Assembly (NCBI GenBank): GCA_918797485.1 | Contig: CAKKNE010000003.1 | Location: 3,658,001 to 3,722,000 of the forward strand | From: Pelagomonas calceolata | Taxonomy: Eukaryota | Length of the DNA: 64,000 nucleotides | Reading direction: 5' to 3' | Part shown: positions 20,532-32,844 of the stretch, one piece after another | Layout: each line of letters starts with the position of its first letter | Numbering within the stretch: position 1 is the first letter of the stretch | The notes under the pieces: model-generated | What the model was told of the DNA's origin: nothing | The model's input: the letters and a program-made list of their open reading frames with translations, nothing else | The model's database searches: none | Translations under genes and position numbers: made by a program

Positions 20532-20957
20532 ACCATCAGCCTCGACTCCGTCCACCACCTGAGAGCACCATAACGCGCCAAAGGGCTGCCATGCAACGCA
20601 GGCGCTGCCTCGGCCTGCGAGCAGAGCTTTGGGCAGTCGAATTGTTTTTTAGGCGTCCGCCGGCCACCCGTCGCGCGCCCGAGGCCTGAGGGAGGCGTCG
20701 GATCGAGTCGAACGAAAGGCAACTTTCGATCTACTAGCCCTCGTTCTGCCGGCCGACAACGCCGCCGGCACGCGAGCTGCCCGCCGAATCCAGCCGGCGA
20801 CTCGGCAGCCTCCCAGTTGCGTCGGGCCCATCGCCAGCAGGGCAACCGACCAGCGGGCTTCGCTCCGACCGCCGCCCGCGCGCAAGCACAGCGTGAGGTA
20901 AGCCATCCAAACCGGGCAGCCCCCCACGCCGCCACACGGGACGCACCGCGCACCACC

Positions 20958-23360
20958 ATGGGCGGCGGCGGCTCCAAGACCGCCCCCGAGGGCGAAAATG
21001 AGGAGGACGAGCTGCCCAGGGAGACGGAGGACGACAAGAAGGACCCGAACAACAAGCCGCTGGACGTGGGCAAGGATTTTGGGGGACCCTGCAAGAAGCG
21101 CAAGTGCACCGATGTGCTCTGTACATTACTCTTAGCCTTCGCGTGGTTCTGCATGACGGTCGTGGGCTTGGCCTGCATTCCTGGGAGCCCGATAGAAGGC
21201 ACTATGGGCCTGCAGAAGGGCAACCCCTACAAATTAATTAATGGCATCGACTACAAGGATCGCGTCTGCGGCATCGATTCAGATGTCAAGGATAGATTAA
21301 AATTGTACTACTTACCGACCGGCTCCGGAGTCTGCATCAAGAAGTGCCCGGAAAAGCAGAATGCGCAAGCGTTTCATTGTACGGACGATGCTCAAGAAAA
21401 ATTGGACAAAATCGACAGAACACAGACGGGCTGGGAGGTGCTTTATGTGGCCAAGGGCTTCGAGATGGTCAAGGAGTGCAACGACCCGAAGTGCAGCGAC
21501 CCGCAGTCGCTGCGGCGGTGCCAGTGCTGCGCGCCGTACTACCCGACGAACGACGTCATGAATTATTGTGTGAGCGAGCAAGCCCAAGCGGTCGCGGCGG
21601 CGGCCGGCGACCAGGCGGCCCAGCAGGCCGCCGACGCCACGAAGCCGTGCGACCCGACGCCGCCGCCGGTTGCCGGCGCGACAAAAGCACCCACACCGTT
21701 ATGTGGCGCGGCGTTGGCCGCCGAATCCCAGGAGCGGGACTACACCGAAAAGATGTACGCCGACATGATGGTGAGCATGTGGTACATCTTTGGCTTTGGC
21801 TTTTTTGGCGCGATATTTGTGGGCTTCGTGTATACCTTCATCCTCAGGATTCCTGGCGTATTAGCATTAGTCGTGTGGGGCATCATCGTCGCCGTCGGCG
21901 TCTTCTGGCTCGCCCTGGCGGCCATGTGCTACCAGACGTCGGTGGCCTGGAAACAAGATGAAGATCGCGACGCGAACCAGGCGAACGGCATGCTGTACTT
22001 GGCCTACTTCTGCGCCGCGCTCTGCGCGTTGTGGGCCTGCACGATCTGCTGCCTGCGGAAGCGCATCGCGCTGGCGATTGGCATCACGAAAGAAGCCGCG
22101 AAGTGCATCGCGACGATGCCGATCATCATCGCGCGCCCGCCGCGTCCAATTTTGAGCCCTGTCGGACCGCGCGGTCGCCTCGACGCGATCTTCATGGGTC
22201 GCGGCGATGGCGTAGGGCTCACACGCCATCGACGCGACTCGTCAGACTCGTTCGCGCCGCTTCGACGGCGTCCCGAGCCACGGACCGCGCGCAGGTCTTC
22301 CCCGTCGTCCAAGTCATGGCGTTGATCGTCTTCGTCATCCCCTGGTTCATCTACTGCCTCTTCCTCGCTTCCAGTGGAGAGATGGAGACGGTCAAGGGCG
22401 CGCGGCAGATGGTCTACGACGAGACGACCTTTAAAGCAGGGTGGTACATGATATTTGTGTACTTCTGGAGCTCGGAATTCATCATCGCGCTCGGACAGAT
22501 CATCCTCGCGCTAGCCGTATCAACATGGTACTTCACGCGCGACAAGGGCAAGATCGGCAATTCGACCGTGATCTGGAGCTTCAGACAAGGCGCGTGGTAC
22601 CACTGGGGCACGGCGGCCTTCGGCAGTCTCATAATAGCCATCATCAAGACGATCCGAGCGATGATCAAGTACATCCAGAAGAAGTGCAAGAACATCAAGA
22701 ATCCCGTGGCCAAGAAGATCGCCATGGCGGTGCTCTGCTGCATCGACTGCTGCATGTGGTGTGCGTGACCCAGTGTACCACTTTGATCGGGACGCGGCCG
22801 CCGCGATGGCGTCGACGTGGCCGCCAGAGAGCACACACTGTCGTTCCCCCACAGGCATCGAGAAGTGCATGAAGTTCATCAACAAGAACGCCTACATCCA
22901 GACGGCGATCTTTGGGTACCACTTCTGCAAGGCGGCGAAGTGCGCGTTCTTCCTGATTCTCAGGAATATTGCTCGTATTATGGCGCTGTCGATCGTGTCC
23001 GGATTCGTGCTGCTCCTGGGCAAACTCGTGATCACCGCTGGAGCTACATTTTTATGCTATGTGTGCCTGGCCTACACTCCAGTAAGCGACGAATTGAACT
23101 ACATCTGGCTTCCATTAGTTTTCACGGCTATAATAGCCTTCTACGTCGCCGCGATGTTCAATGAAGTGTGGGGCATGGCCATGTCGACGATCTTGCAGTG
23201 CTTCTGCGCCGACGAGGAAATTTATAAAGGAGACAAGGACGCGATGTACGCCGGGTCCGACCTCAAGGCGACGGTCTCGAACTCCAACAAGGGCAAGTTC
23301 GCGAAGAAGTCCAAGGTCGCGGCGGCGCCGGCCGAGGACGAGGGTGACGCGGTCATCTAG
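20958..23360 (+). CDS. Choline transporter-like protein (CTL/SLC44), 3 exons (introns 22131-22294, 22761-22854)
   Basis: KRKCTDVLC, GIDYKDRVCG, YHWGTAAFGSLIIAI, CIEKCMKFINKNAYIQTAIFG..FC. Confidence 0.92.
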
Positions 23361-23706
23361 GCCCTCCCCTCGCGTAAGGGGGGTGCTTGACTGCTCTAGG
23401 CCGCTTGGCCGCCTCGCCTCGGCGCCCGAGGCCCTCCCCGCGGGGGAATCGACAGCTATAGCGTGTGCAGCGTATGGTTACGGTGCTAGGACTAGCGTAT
23501 GCGGCGCTAGCGGCATGTAAGATACTAGCAAGCCAAGGCCTGCAGGCGAGCGGTGGCTCTGCGCGGAGCGCTTAGCTGTGCAATATACCGTGCAAATAAC
23601 ATACCTTGGTGCAAGCCTGCCTTCATATCGCTGTAGTCACAACGCCCACAGCTGCACGCACAAAAGCCTGAGCATCGCCCTGCAGCGTGCAGCTTGTGCA
23701 GCACAG

Positions 23707-26700
23707 ATGCCGCGACCGGCCAAGCGCCCGCGACCGCAGGACGCCCGCGAGCAGCAAAGAGACGCCGCCGCATCGGTGTTGGAACGGAGCGCCTACAACT
23801 ACGGCAGTGGACGCGCCGCGAAGGTCGAGGCCTGCGCGCGTGCCGTGCGCGCCGCTTTACTGGAAGCGCCGCTGCGGCCCGCCGGCGCGCCGGCCAAATT
23901 AATGCTGTGCGCCCCGAAGGGGCTGAAAAACGAACATGCGGCCTGCGCCTTCGCGGCGCCCGCGAAGGTTTCCGTTGTTGGCTCGTGGCTCCTGCGGACG
24001 GGCCTCAAGCGCCAGGCGGAGATGGACCTCGCCGTCGAGCTGCCCGACGCGTTAATAACAATAAAGGACCTCGCGAACGGGCGCTACCTCGCGAAGCGTT
24101 GTGCTTATTTAGAACAGTGTGCTGAGGTGCTGCGGGAGGCCGGATACCAGGTCACGAAGGTTGCGTTCCAGCGGGACGCGAGACGGCCTATCCTCGAAGT
24201 CTCAGATGATGAGGGCGGCGCCGTGAAAGTCATGGTGGCGTGGCAGGCGCCGGCGAAGGCGCGCCTGCTCCTGGCGCCGAGCCGCAACAACGTTCGCGCC
24301 GCCGACGGTTCGTGCGTCCAGCCGACGCCGGCCTACAACGCGGCGCTACTCGGCGACGCGGCCCTGGACCGCCATTTACAACTCCTCCACGGCGCGTGCT
24401 CGGCGGACGCGGCGGTCGTCGACGCAAGCGTGCTGCTGAAGGTGCGGCGCGGCGCGCGAATCACGACGCGACGCCGTCGCCTCGATGGCGTGGCGGGTGC
24501 ACACACTCACGGGTCGATCCGCGCGCAGGCGTGGCTCCGGGCCGAGGACCAGCTTAGTAGGGACGACGGCCCGGGCGGCTTCCTGGCGGCCATGGTCGCC
24601 TACCACTGCGCCTCCTCTGTAAGGCCGCCGGATCACATCGACGCCGCTCTGTCGTTGTTCCGCGATTCCCTAAAATTTCTGGCGGGCAACGAGTGGAGCT
24701 CGTCGCAAGTCACGCTGCGCGGGGCGTCGTCCGCCGACGCCGCGTGGCCCCTGCCGTCTCTGGTCGACGGCGACATTAATTTAGCGGCGTCTTTATCGTT
24801 AGCGGCGGCCGCGGAACTCTCGGACTGCGCGACGCGCGCCCTGGAGGCGATTCGGCGCGACGCGCCTCCTGGCGCGTTTTCACTGTTATTCACTCCGAGA
24901 AGTAGGCAGTACGACCTGTCCGTGAAGGTCCCTCTGTTGGGTGGCGACGACGCCTACGCCGCGTCCCTCGCGACGGACGAGGACGACGCCAGCATCCTGG
25001 GCCTGACCGTCGCGCAAGCCGTCGGGCGGCGCGTCTGTGCTACCGTGGAGCGAGCTTTAGCTGGTCGACTGCGCCGGCCGCCGCGCTGGGATTGTGACGG
25101 CGACGCCATCACCATCGGCGCGTCGCTCTCGACGGACGCCTGGCGCCAGGTCCTCAAGGGCGGCGCGCCGCCGACGGACGAAGGACGAAGTTTCAGAGCG
25201 TTCTGGGGCGACCGGTGCCAGGCGCGGCGGTTTAAAGATGGGCGGGTTTTGGAGGCGGTCGTGCGCATGCTGCGTCCCCTTGGCTTCGCACGCGGCGATG
25301 GCGTCTTCATAAGGGTCCACGCACACAGGTCTGGGAGCCGCCCCAAAACTGCATCGGCGACGGCTGGAAGCGCCTCCTCCCGCAGAGGAGCCTCGCCCAC
25401 GCCCTGGCGCGCCACGAGCCCCGGCGGCCGGCGTCGCTCGACGGCGCCCCTCCAGGTTTAATGAGGGACGACGCCGGCCACGTCTCCGACGCGCGGACGG
25501 CCTTCGAGGCCCTCGCGACCGTACTACGGAAGGGCGACGGGCCGCTGCGCGTGGACCACGCGTCGCCATCGTCACCGCACCTGCGCGGGACGAGCTGGCG
25601 CGTCATACGAGCGAACGCGAAGAGCGGCGTCTTGGAGTGCCTCGACGGCGTCGTGCGGTTCGCGCCGTCGGACGCCTGGGAGAAGCTGCCTTCCGAAGCG
25701 CGGGACGCGGCGTCATTGAGTCTGCTGGCGAAGATAGTTCCTGATGCCCAATTGTTTGCTGGAGATGATACAGTGAGGCCGCATCTCTTAGTGAGCTACA
25801 GGGGCTACGCCATGCGGTTGGCTCCTCGGTTGATCACGCGGAAGAGTCCCCGGAGCGACGATCTGGCGCACCTGCACCACTCTCTATTACGTTCTCTAGC
25901 AACAAAACAGCCTTGCATGCCGGACGCGTGTCGGCTATTGGTGAGGTGGTGCCACGCGCAGTGGTTATCTGATTACGTCCAGCAGGAGCACCTGGAGTTG
26001 GTCTGCGCGGCGGCGTTTGCGCCTTTGGCAAGTAACTCGGGCGTGGGCGAAGTGCCGGCGTCCGCGCGCTCCGGTTTTGTCGCGTGCCTGCGAGTCCTGG
26101 CGACGCACGACTTCTCGAATGCCGCTCTGTACGTGGACTTGCGGCGCTGTGCGGACGACGCGCGGCCTGCGTCACTGGCTGAAAGGGCCTCGCTCGTTGC
26201 TACGTCGAATCGAATCGCCGCCGACTACGCCGACGACGTCACACCGTGCGTCGCGAGTGGCGCACTCGCGAGGAACGCTTTCCTGGCGCCACCAGAAGCA
26301 GTGGTGTGGCACTTGCTAGTGGACGGGGCAAGAGCCGCTCTCCAAACCCTCGAGGACGATGACGCGCTGTGGGGCTCGCAAGGCGGTAAGGCGGCGAGGC
26401 AGGCGGCCGGAGCGTTCGTTGTATTGCGGGGCGACGTCGTAAATACTGGAGACGACGTCCGCGGCCCGCGGGCGCTGCGGCCGCGAGAATCGTTCAGGAA
26501 CCTGGGCGACGCCGATGCGGGCGCCTTCGTCCAGGAGGGGCCCGCGGACGCCTTCGCGCGGAAGTGTCGGGAAGCGTTCGGGGATGTAGCGCTATTCCTG
26601 CGCGACGCGCGCGAGCCGAAGCGGATGGCGGTCGTCTGGCGCCCTGGTTTCGACGGCGACGCGCGCCAGGTGCTTCGAGCCGTCGCGGCGCTCGGGGTGT

Positions 26701-26732
26701 CCGTCGTGAAGCGGGTGGAGGTCGTTGGGTAA
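23707..26732 (+). CDS. NOL6: Nucleolar protein 6 / Nrap (Utp22)-like, 3 exons (introns 24442-24528, 25261-25328)
   Basis: VVGSWLL...DL..E.P..L...KD..N.RY..KR..YL; L.P.RNNVR; PTPAYN; FRAFWG...RRFKDG..LEAV|VW. Confidence 0.85.
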
Positions 26733-26748
26733 TGTTTCTATCAATTAC

Positions 26749-28338
26749 TCATGAAATCCCCTCCGGAGCCGCCGCCCGCAGCGCCACGACGACTGCGGTG
26801 ACGTTGTCCCTGGACCCGCGGTCGTCGACGGCTGCTGAACACACGCCCGCTGCCGCGCGCACGGGGTCGCCCGCGTTTTCTACAAGTCCCTTCCGCACGA
26901 CGTCTACCGCCTCGTCGCTGGAAAAAACGTCGTACAGCCCGTCGCAGGCGATCAGGGCGAAGTCGCCTTCGACCGCACGATGCGTGACCTCGGGCTCGGC
27001 CAACACCATCCTTGGCCCGGCTTCTGCGGGCGCGGGTTCGTTTGGCCTCACTAATTCGTGCACTGGCCTCTTTAGCTCGGCATCGCCGAAGGCTCGTGAG
27101 ACGGCGAGCTCACCCATCACCCGTTTATGGATCACGAACCCTCCCGCGTCCCGTATCCTCTGCGCCTCATCCGCCCTCGCGGGCGTCTGGTCCTCTGAAA
27201 GCTGGGCGCATCCCGACGCCGTCGCGAGGCAACACCGACTATCACCGACATTCGCGCAGCTCATTATCGATTGCCCGAAGACCAACAAAATGCAGGCCGT
27301 GGACCCGGCCCGGTTCGCGGGATTCGTGGCCAGGAACGCCGCGTCGCACTGCAGGCAGGCATCTCGTAAAGCCGCATTGATAGTGGTCTCTGCGTTGCTC
27401 CAGTCAGACTGGGCGTCCAAGCTTCTCCTGACGTACCCATGCAGCTCGTCCTTCAGGAACTGCGCGCAGGCGTCGCCGCCGTGGCCGTCGTACACAGCGG
27501 CGTAGTATACCGGCCGTAACGCTTGTGGTAGATTGCTACACCGCAGATCATGCACGATTGTGGTACGATCCTCCATGGTCCGCCGCGCGCCTTTCAGCGA
27601 GCACACGCCGACGTCGAAGCGGCAGAGCTCCAGACCGGTGCGGCCCAGCAGCACCTTGTCACCTATTCGTAATCGATGTGGACCAGCATAGGGCCCGACG
27701 CGCCGCACGTACGTGCCGTTGGTACTACCAAGATCGACCAAGTAGTACACACCACCACGCTTCTGGACTTTGCAGTGCTGCCGGGACAGTTCCCTGTCTT
27801 CAACACACGCATCGCACGACTGAGCCCTCCCGATCATCAAGGCCTCCCGCACGTCCAGCGTCCGCCCCTGCAGCGGCCCCTCGCGGCAGTACAGCGCGAG
27901 CGGCGCGTCGCGGGACACCGCGAAGATCGAGGACCCGCAGCCAAATTCACAACCCGTTCGCAGAGGGTAGTCGACAGATTCTCCCGTGGAGCACCGGACC
28001 GCCACGACGCCGTTCCCGGGTTCTAACACGAGCACATTGTCCTGGCACCGGAAGGTGCCGTGATTCGTTTCGCAAAGCGTCGCGTCCGAGGCGACTTGTA
28101 TATGATTTTGCGCGCCGCGGCCGACCGTACCGTGATCTCCGATCACAAAGCCCCTACGAGGAGCGTCGTTCGACAGCGTCGTGAAGCGCAGGACTGCCGC
28201 GCCGCGGACGGGCGTGGCGCGGGCGTGGCGCTCCGCGGCTGCCCTTTGGAAGGCCGCGTCGACGGCGTCTGTTGTCGGTTGAGTGGGCAGCGCCAAACTC
28301 GGCACGGCCGGTGCGGCGCTCTCAAGCATGGATGCCAT
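26749..28338 (-). CDS. FHA-domain PP2C protein phosphatase
   Basis: FHA IGR...DRELSRQH...DLGSTNGT (plus a degenerate first FHA); PP2C MEDR, VYDGHGG, ANVGDSR, LAVSRAFGD, ACDGLYDV, SRDNVT. Confidence 0.92.
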   Translation of the reverse strand: MASMLESAAPAVPSLALPTQPTTDAVDAAFQRAAAERHARATPVRGAAVLRFTTLSNDAPRRGFVIGDHGTVGRGAQNHIQVASDATLCETNHGTFRCQDNVLVLEPGNGVVAVRCSTGESVDYPLRTGCEFGCGSSIFAVSRDAPLALYCREGPLQGRTLDVREALMIGRAQSCDACVEDRELSRQHCKVQKRGGVYYLVDLGSTNGTYVRRVGPYAGPHRLRIGDKVLLGRTGLELCRFDVGVCSLKGARRTMEDRTTIVHDLRCSNLPQALRPVYYAAVYDGHGGDACAQFLKDELHGYVRRSLDAQSDWSNAETTINAALRDACLQCDAAFLATNPANRAGSTACILLVFGQSIMSCANVGDSRCCLATASGCAQLSEDQTPARADEAQRIRDAGGFVIHKRVMGELAVSRAFGDAELKRPVHELVRPNEPAPAEAGPRMVLAEPEVTHRAVEGDFALIACDGLYDVFSSDEAVDVVRKGLVENAGDPVRAAAGVCSAAVDDRGSRDNVTAVVVALRAAAPEGIS

Positions 28339-28828
28339 GGTCACCTACCAAGGTGCCGTGCGGCTGCCCGGCGGCGCGTTTGGGCGTGCGCGGCTGCCCC
28401 CCAAGCACTTTAAAAGGAGCTCTGCCCCGCACTTTTGAATCGTTGCGCTGTTTTCCCTTCTCTAGCGGTACGGGGAGGGCCTCCAGGGCTCTTGTGAAGC
28501 TCCGGACGCCCACGCTCGCGGCCGCTCGAAAGTCCACAAGTCGCGCTGGCGTCCACGCACAGCTTGTTCGACGACGCGACTCGCGACTCGCAACTTATTG
28601 GACGCACCGAAACATCGCAAGAATACACTGCGATAGCTGCGACCGCACTCGCCTGCAATTTGGTCTCGCTCGCGCACGAATTGGGCAAGCCACTGCAGTG
28701 TCACAAGCTAGCGCTGGACATATCACGCGCACGCATCGCGACAAGCCGCTGCATTGTCACAAGCAGCATCGGCACGTCACGCCACGACGCCACGGATTGT
28801 GACAAGTCGCCGCATAAGCATTCATAAG

Positions 28829-29758
28829 ATGTATGCCTACAGCGTCATCGCGCTGCTGCACGCAGCGAGCGCCATGACCTCGACGCTGCCGCCCACGACG
28901 ACGACGCCGGTGCCACAGACGACGCCACACATACTCACGTCCGCGGAGATCGTGCGGCGCGCGCCCTCGAAAGGAAACGATCGAAGACCCGTCGTCGTGC
29001 TCCACGGCCTGTTAGGACAGAAGCGAAACTTTCGATCGTGGTGCGCCGCCCTCGCAGAAGCGGTACACCACAAGCGTAGGATAGTCACGCTCGACTTGCG
29101 AGGCCACGGCGACAGCCCGCACGGCCCGTTAGAGTACCCGAGCATGGCTTCGGACGTCCTCGCGACGCTCGAATCACTCCAAATCCAAGAATGCTGCCTC
29201 GTCGGGCATAGCATGGGCGGGAAGGTCGCCATGGCGTGCGCCTTGAGGGCTCCTGCGCTAGTGAAGGAGTTATGTGTATTGGATATGGCGCCAGCTTCTT
29301 ACAGTACGGCGGACGGCTCGAACTGGAAGAAGAACCGCGAGCTCATCGACGCTTTACAAAACTTGGATCTGGACGCGTGTGCGGGTGATCGGAAGCGCGC
29401 CGATTCCTTGCTGGCGCAGCGGGTGCTCGACCCGAACCTACGGGCGTTTGCTCTGACGAACCTGCAACTCCGCGACGAACAGCTGAGCTGGCAGTTCGAC
29501 CTCGATGGCATCGTGCGCGATCTGGACAACATCGCGCGCTGGCCCACTCTACCTGGCACTTACAACGGTGATACATTATTCGTGAAGGGCCAACGATCGC
29601 GCTACGTGCGGTCCATACACCTCCAGGAGATCAGTTCAAAATTCCCTCGGTTTACATTACAATCGATCGACGACTGCGGCCACTGGGTCCACGCGGAGAA
29701 GCCGCAGGAGACTTGTGATGTCGTGCGCGAGTTCCTCGACCGCGACGAAGTGGGGTAA
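28829..29758 (+). CDS. ABHD11/YbfF-like alpha/beta hydrolase
   Basis: LHGLLG, DLRGHGDS, GHSMGGK, DMAP, CGHWVHAEKP. Confidence 0.9.
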   Translation: MYAYSVIALLHAASAMTSTLPPTTTTPVPQTTPHILTSAEIVRRAPSKGNDRRPVVVLHGLLGQKRNFRSWCAALAEAVHHKRRIVTLDLRGHGDSPHGPLEYPSMASDVLATLESLQIQECCLVGHSMGGKVAMACALRAPALVKELCVLDMAPASYSTADGSNWKKNRELIDALQNLDLDACAGDRKRADSLLAQRVLDPNLRAFALTNLQLRDEQLSWQFDLDGIVRDLDNIARWPTLPGTYNGDTLFVKGQRSRYVRSIHLQEISSKFPRFTLQSIDDCGHWVHAEKPQETCDVVREFLDRDEVG

Positions 29759-29995
29759 GTTTGTATGTGTATATCTGCGCGTCGACGGCGTGCTCGGCCC
29801 TGATTTTACGAGGAGGCACGGGTTTTTGCAGGCCTCATTTTCAAGCACAGAGAGCCAAAGCGGTCGATACAGTGGTCATAGACGACTGTACGCAGGCATT
29901 TTCGATCACTGCAAAAGGTGCGCGCCACAGCTCCTCGCGCCAAGGCCGTAGCAGCGCAGCCACACAGAGCAGCACACAATGCATTTGTAGCACAC

Positions 29996-31567
29996 ATGCA
30001 CGCCACGCTGGGGGCGACGCTGGTCGCCGCAGCAACCGCCTACACGCTGGAACCGTATACAATACACAACAACAACCTAGAGCGCGCAACTTATAACAAA
30101 ACGAAGGCCCGCGGCGGCACATACGACCCGAAAGCATCAATACATTGGGTGCCGCAAGCGACAGACGACACGAGCGAAGCGTACCACGCCGCCCAGACCT
30201 TTTCCACCGATAGAAAAGCGTCCCTCGAATTTGTCCACATTCATAAATGTGGAGGGATGACCTTCAATCGCGTGGCACCACGTTTTGTGTGCGGGACCTC
30301 CAACTGCCGCAACAGTACGTGCTGCGTCGTGCGGCCCCACAATCCGTCTTTGTATGAATTGGAGTACAGACCGAGGTACGGTGCTGCTTTTGAAGAGCTC
30401 GACGCCTATCGACTGCCCTGGTCAACACCACACGTGTACAAGGCGGCGATGGCGCGCGAACCTTTTTCGAGGTATCGTTCGGAGGTCGGCTTCGAGTGTT
30501 CCTACAAGCACGCGGGAAGGCCGCCTTCCTACGGCGAAGCGTTACGTCTACCCTACTGGCGATGGCACGCGCAACGCAACCGCATCAGTCAAGGTTTAGT
30601 TCATGGCGCCGTGCTCAGTAATAGTGGAAGGACGGGAGCCGCGTTCGCGGGGTTGAGAAAAGAGGCGATGGAGGACGGGCTGCGGGCGTTCGCGTTTCTC
30701 GGAATCGTCGAAGCGTATGACGCGTCGCTCTGTTTGCTGGCGCGGACCGTCTCTCCTCAACATGTCTGTGAAGCCTGCTGCGCGCATGCCAAACATCCCG
30801 TCGTGAATGGTAATACGAATGGAAGCTGCGTCGCGCCGTCGACGAAAGAAGACGAAGCGCTGTACGCGTCGATGCACGCCGCCGACGCCCAGGTCTATGA
30901 GGTCGTGAAGCGCATTTTTGAGCAGCGCTGGCGCCGCGCGATGCGCGAGGGCTGGGGTGGCACTCCACAAAAGTGCGGTTGTGAGTTCGTGGCGGGTCCT
31001 TGTTTGAGAGATGCCTATGGCCGCTGCATCCCGTCGGATTGCGAGTCGTACCACGACGGCTGCAACACGTGCTCCATACAAAACGGCCGCCTCGACGCGT
31101 GCACGGAGAAGTTCTGCGAGAAGCCAGGGCCGCCGCGGTGCCTCGATGTCGTGGGCGGCCCGACGGGCGACAAGGAGCAGGACGCCTGCTGCGGCGGCGG
31201 GTCAAGTTGCGGCTACGTTTATGTGGAAGGCAAGGGCTGCGTCCACGTCACTGATGCGTGTCTGAAGGACGCCTATGACCGCTGCATACCAGAAAATTGC
31301 GCGTCCTACTTCGACGGGTGCAACACGTGTTCGGTCGGCGCGAAGGGACTTGGGTGTACGTTGATGTACTGCGAAACGCCTAGCGAACCGAAATGCCTCG
31401 ACGCCGACGACAGACCGCGTCTCCCGCTCTGGGTCGTCGGAGCCGTCCTGTTAGGTGCGCCGCTCTGGTGCGTCTGCGCCGTACCGCTGCTGGCGTGCCT
31501 CGGGAACTGTCTCTTCGGGGATTCATGGAGGTTCGCGGCGCGCCGGCGGCGCGTCCCGGAGACGTAG
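29996..31567 (+). CDS. Membrane-anchored sulfotransferase-family protein with two Cys-rich DGCNTC repeats
   Basis: FVHIHKCGGMTF (5'-PSB-like), AREPFSRYRS (3'-PB-like); repeats CLxDAYxRCIPxxCxSYxDGCNTC; C-terminal TM. Confidence 0.7.
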   Translation: MHATLGATLVAAATAYTLEPYTIHNNNLERATYNKTKARGGTYDPKASIHWVPQATDDTSEAYHAAQTFSTDRKASLEFVHIHKCGGMTFNRVAPRFVCGTSNCRNSTCCVVRPHNPSLYELEYRPRYGAAFEELDAYRLPWSTPHVYKAAMAREPFSRYRSEVGFECSYKHAGRPPSYGEALRLPYWRWHAQRNRISQGLVHGAVLSNSGRTGAAFAGLRKEAMEDGLRAFAFLGIVEAYDASLCLLARTVSPQHVCEACCAHAKHPVVNGNTNGSCVAPSTKEDEALYASMHAADAQVYEVVKRIFEQRWRRAMREGWGGTPQKCGCEFVAGPCLRDAYGRCIPSDCESYHDGCNTCSIQNGRLDACTEKFCEKPGPPRCLDVVGGPTGDKEQDACCGGGSSCGYVYVEGKGCVHVTDACLKDAYDRCIPENCASYFDGCNTCSVGAKGLGCTLMYCETPSEPKCLDADDRPRLPLWVVGAVLLGAPLWCVCAVPLLACLGNCLFGDSWRFAARRRRVPET

Positions 31568-31737
31568 ACTCGTCCTGTCGCGCCGCCAACATTCCCGCGG
31601 GCCTCAGCCAACGTCGTGGACCACCGTCGCTGCTCTGCACCGTCCGAGCGCCCGGCCGAATCGTGAAGCCGCGTCGTCTACCCCGCCAGCACGCCATCGC
31701 CGCGAAGTACTACTGTAACATGTGTCCTTAGTGACTT

Positions 31738-32844
31738 CTAGGCCTTCTTGTCCTTCTTCTTCTTGGTGACAAAACCAAGGTGCACCTCCGCCACGGACTC
31801 GGGCGCGACTCTATATTGGACCACGGACGACCCGTCGGGACCTTGGACGGTACCTCTTTCTAAAGTCAGCGCGACGACGCCGCCGTTCGCGATCTTCGTA
31901 TCCCGAGCGTTGAACGGGTTGGCACCGACCGGCAGGAATTCCCGGAAAAACCCGCGAAAAAACAACGAGTGCCCGCCGACGACGACCGGCTTGTCCTGCT
32001 GCGACGCCCACTCGGCAAAAGCTTGCAACCGCTCCAGACCGCGTCCTCGCAATCTTTTATTTCCTGAGTTGAGGGACGGGTCCCACCGGTCGGCATGAGC
32101 CAATCGAGCTGGGACTCCACTCCCTAAGTGCCTTGGCGCTTTGTGGGGCGGTGTTATTGAGAGAGTATCGACATTGGTAGAAATTTCTTGTAGAGATGTC
32201 AAACACTGGATCTTCTCGTCGGACGAGTCCAGGCGGTTCTTCAGTCCCAACAGTATCGTCTGCGCCGCCCTCCGCAGGTTGGAAGAACAAACAACACTCT
32301 TCGACGGGTCGCGCATGGCCTGGACGTCCCCCAAATGTTCGCCCCGATAATTCTCTATCAGGTCGTTCAGCTCGCGCGCTTGGGCCAGCCCTTCCTCGTT
32401 CAAGGGGCTATCATATAATACGGAATCGTCGTCGAGCCGCAAGAGTAACAAAGTCTCCCGCAGTAGAGCATGAACAGCCTTGAAGGGCACGAGGATCTTG
32501 GGGCCGACGTTAAATATGAGATTCCAGGCACTTTCGCCATGACGGACAAAAATGATCCTTGTACTAGTCTTGTCCTTCGCTGTCGCTACGGTGGCCGGGT
32601 CCGGCCGGCCCTTCTTGGACCATTTTTTATCTCTTCCTACCAACATCATGGCTGTTCCGCGTGTGTAGAGAGCTAGTTTCCTGAATAATACAGCTCTGCC
32701 TTGTGGGTCAAAGAGTAACGTGCAAGCCACTACGACACAAAACCCGACGCCTAGAGCCGCTAGCGCGGGTCGTTCCGGCTCGAGCGGTAGGACGGCGAGG
32801 CCGGAGACGAGGCCCGAGAGGTGGTGGGCCGCTCTGGGGCCCAT
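31738..32844 (-). CDS. Histidine phosphatase / phosphoglycerate mutase family protein with N-terminal TM
   Basis: IFVRHGES.WN, DSPL...G, SNLRRAAQT, GGHS. Confidence 0.85.
   Translation of the reverse strand: MGPRAAHHLSGLVSGLAVLPLEPERPALAALGVGFCVVVACTLLFDPQGRAVLFRKLALYTRGTAMMLVGRDKKWSKKGRPDPATVATAKDKTSTRIIFVRHGESAWNLIFNVGPKILVPFKAVHALLRETLLLLRLDDDSVLYDSPLNEEGLAQARELNDLIENYRGEHLGDVQAMRDPSKSVVCSSNLRRAAQTILLGLKNRLDSSDEKIQCLTSLQEISTNVDTLSITPPHKAPRHLGSGVPARLAHADRWDPSLNSGNKRLRGRGLERLQAFAEWASQQDKPVVVGGHSLFFRGFFREFLPVGANPFNARDTKIANGGVVALTLERGTVQGPDGSSVVQYRVAPESVAEVHLGFVTKKKKDKKA

Noticed and set aside
18630..20573. Long antisense ORFs (also 4552-5877, 13300-14286, 52855-53970)
   Set aside because: Shadow ORFs of GC-rich genes on the opposite strand; no recognisable motifs
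25261..25461. Apparent frameshifts in NOL6, CTL, GLDH, infB, hemE and the Ca-ATPase
   Set aside because: Each is resolved by a GT/GC-AG intron that restores conserved motifs; these are not pseudogenes
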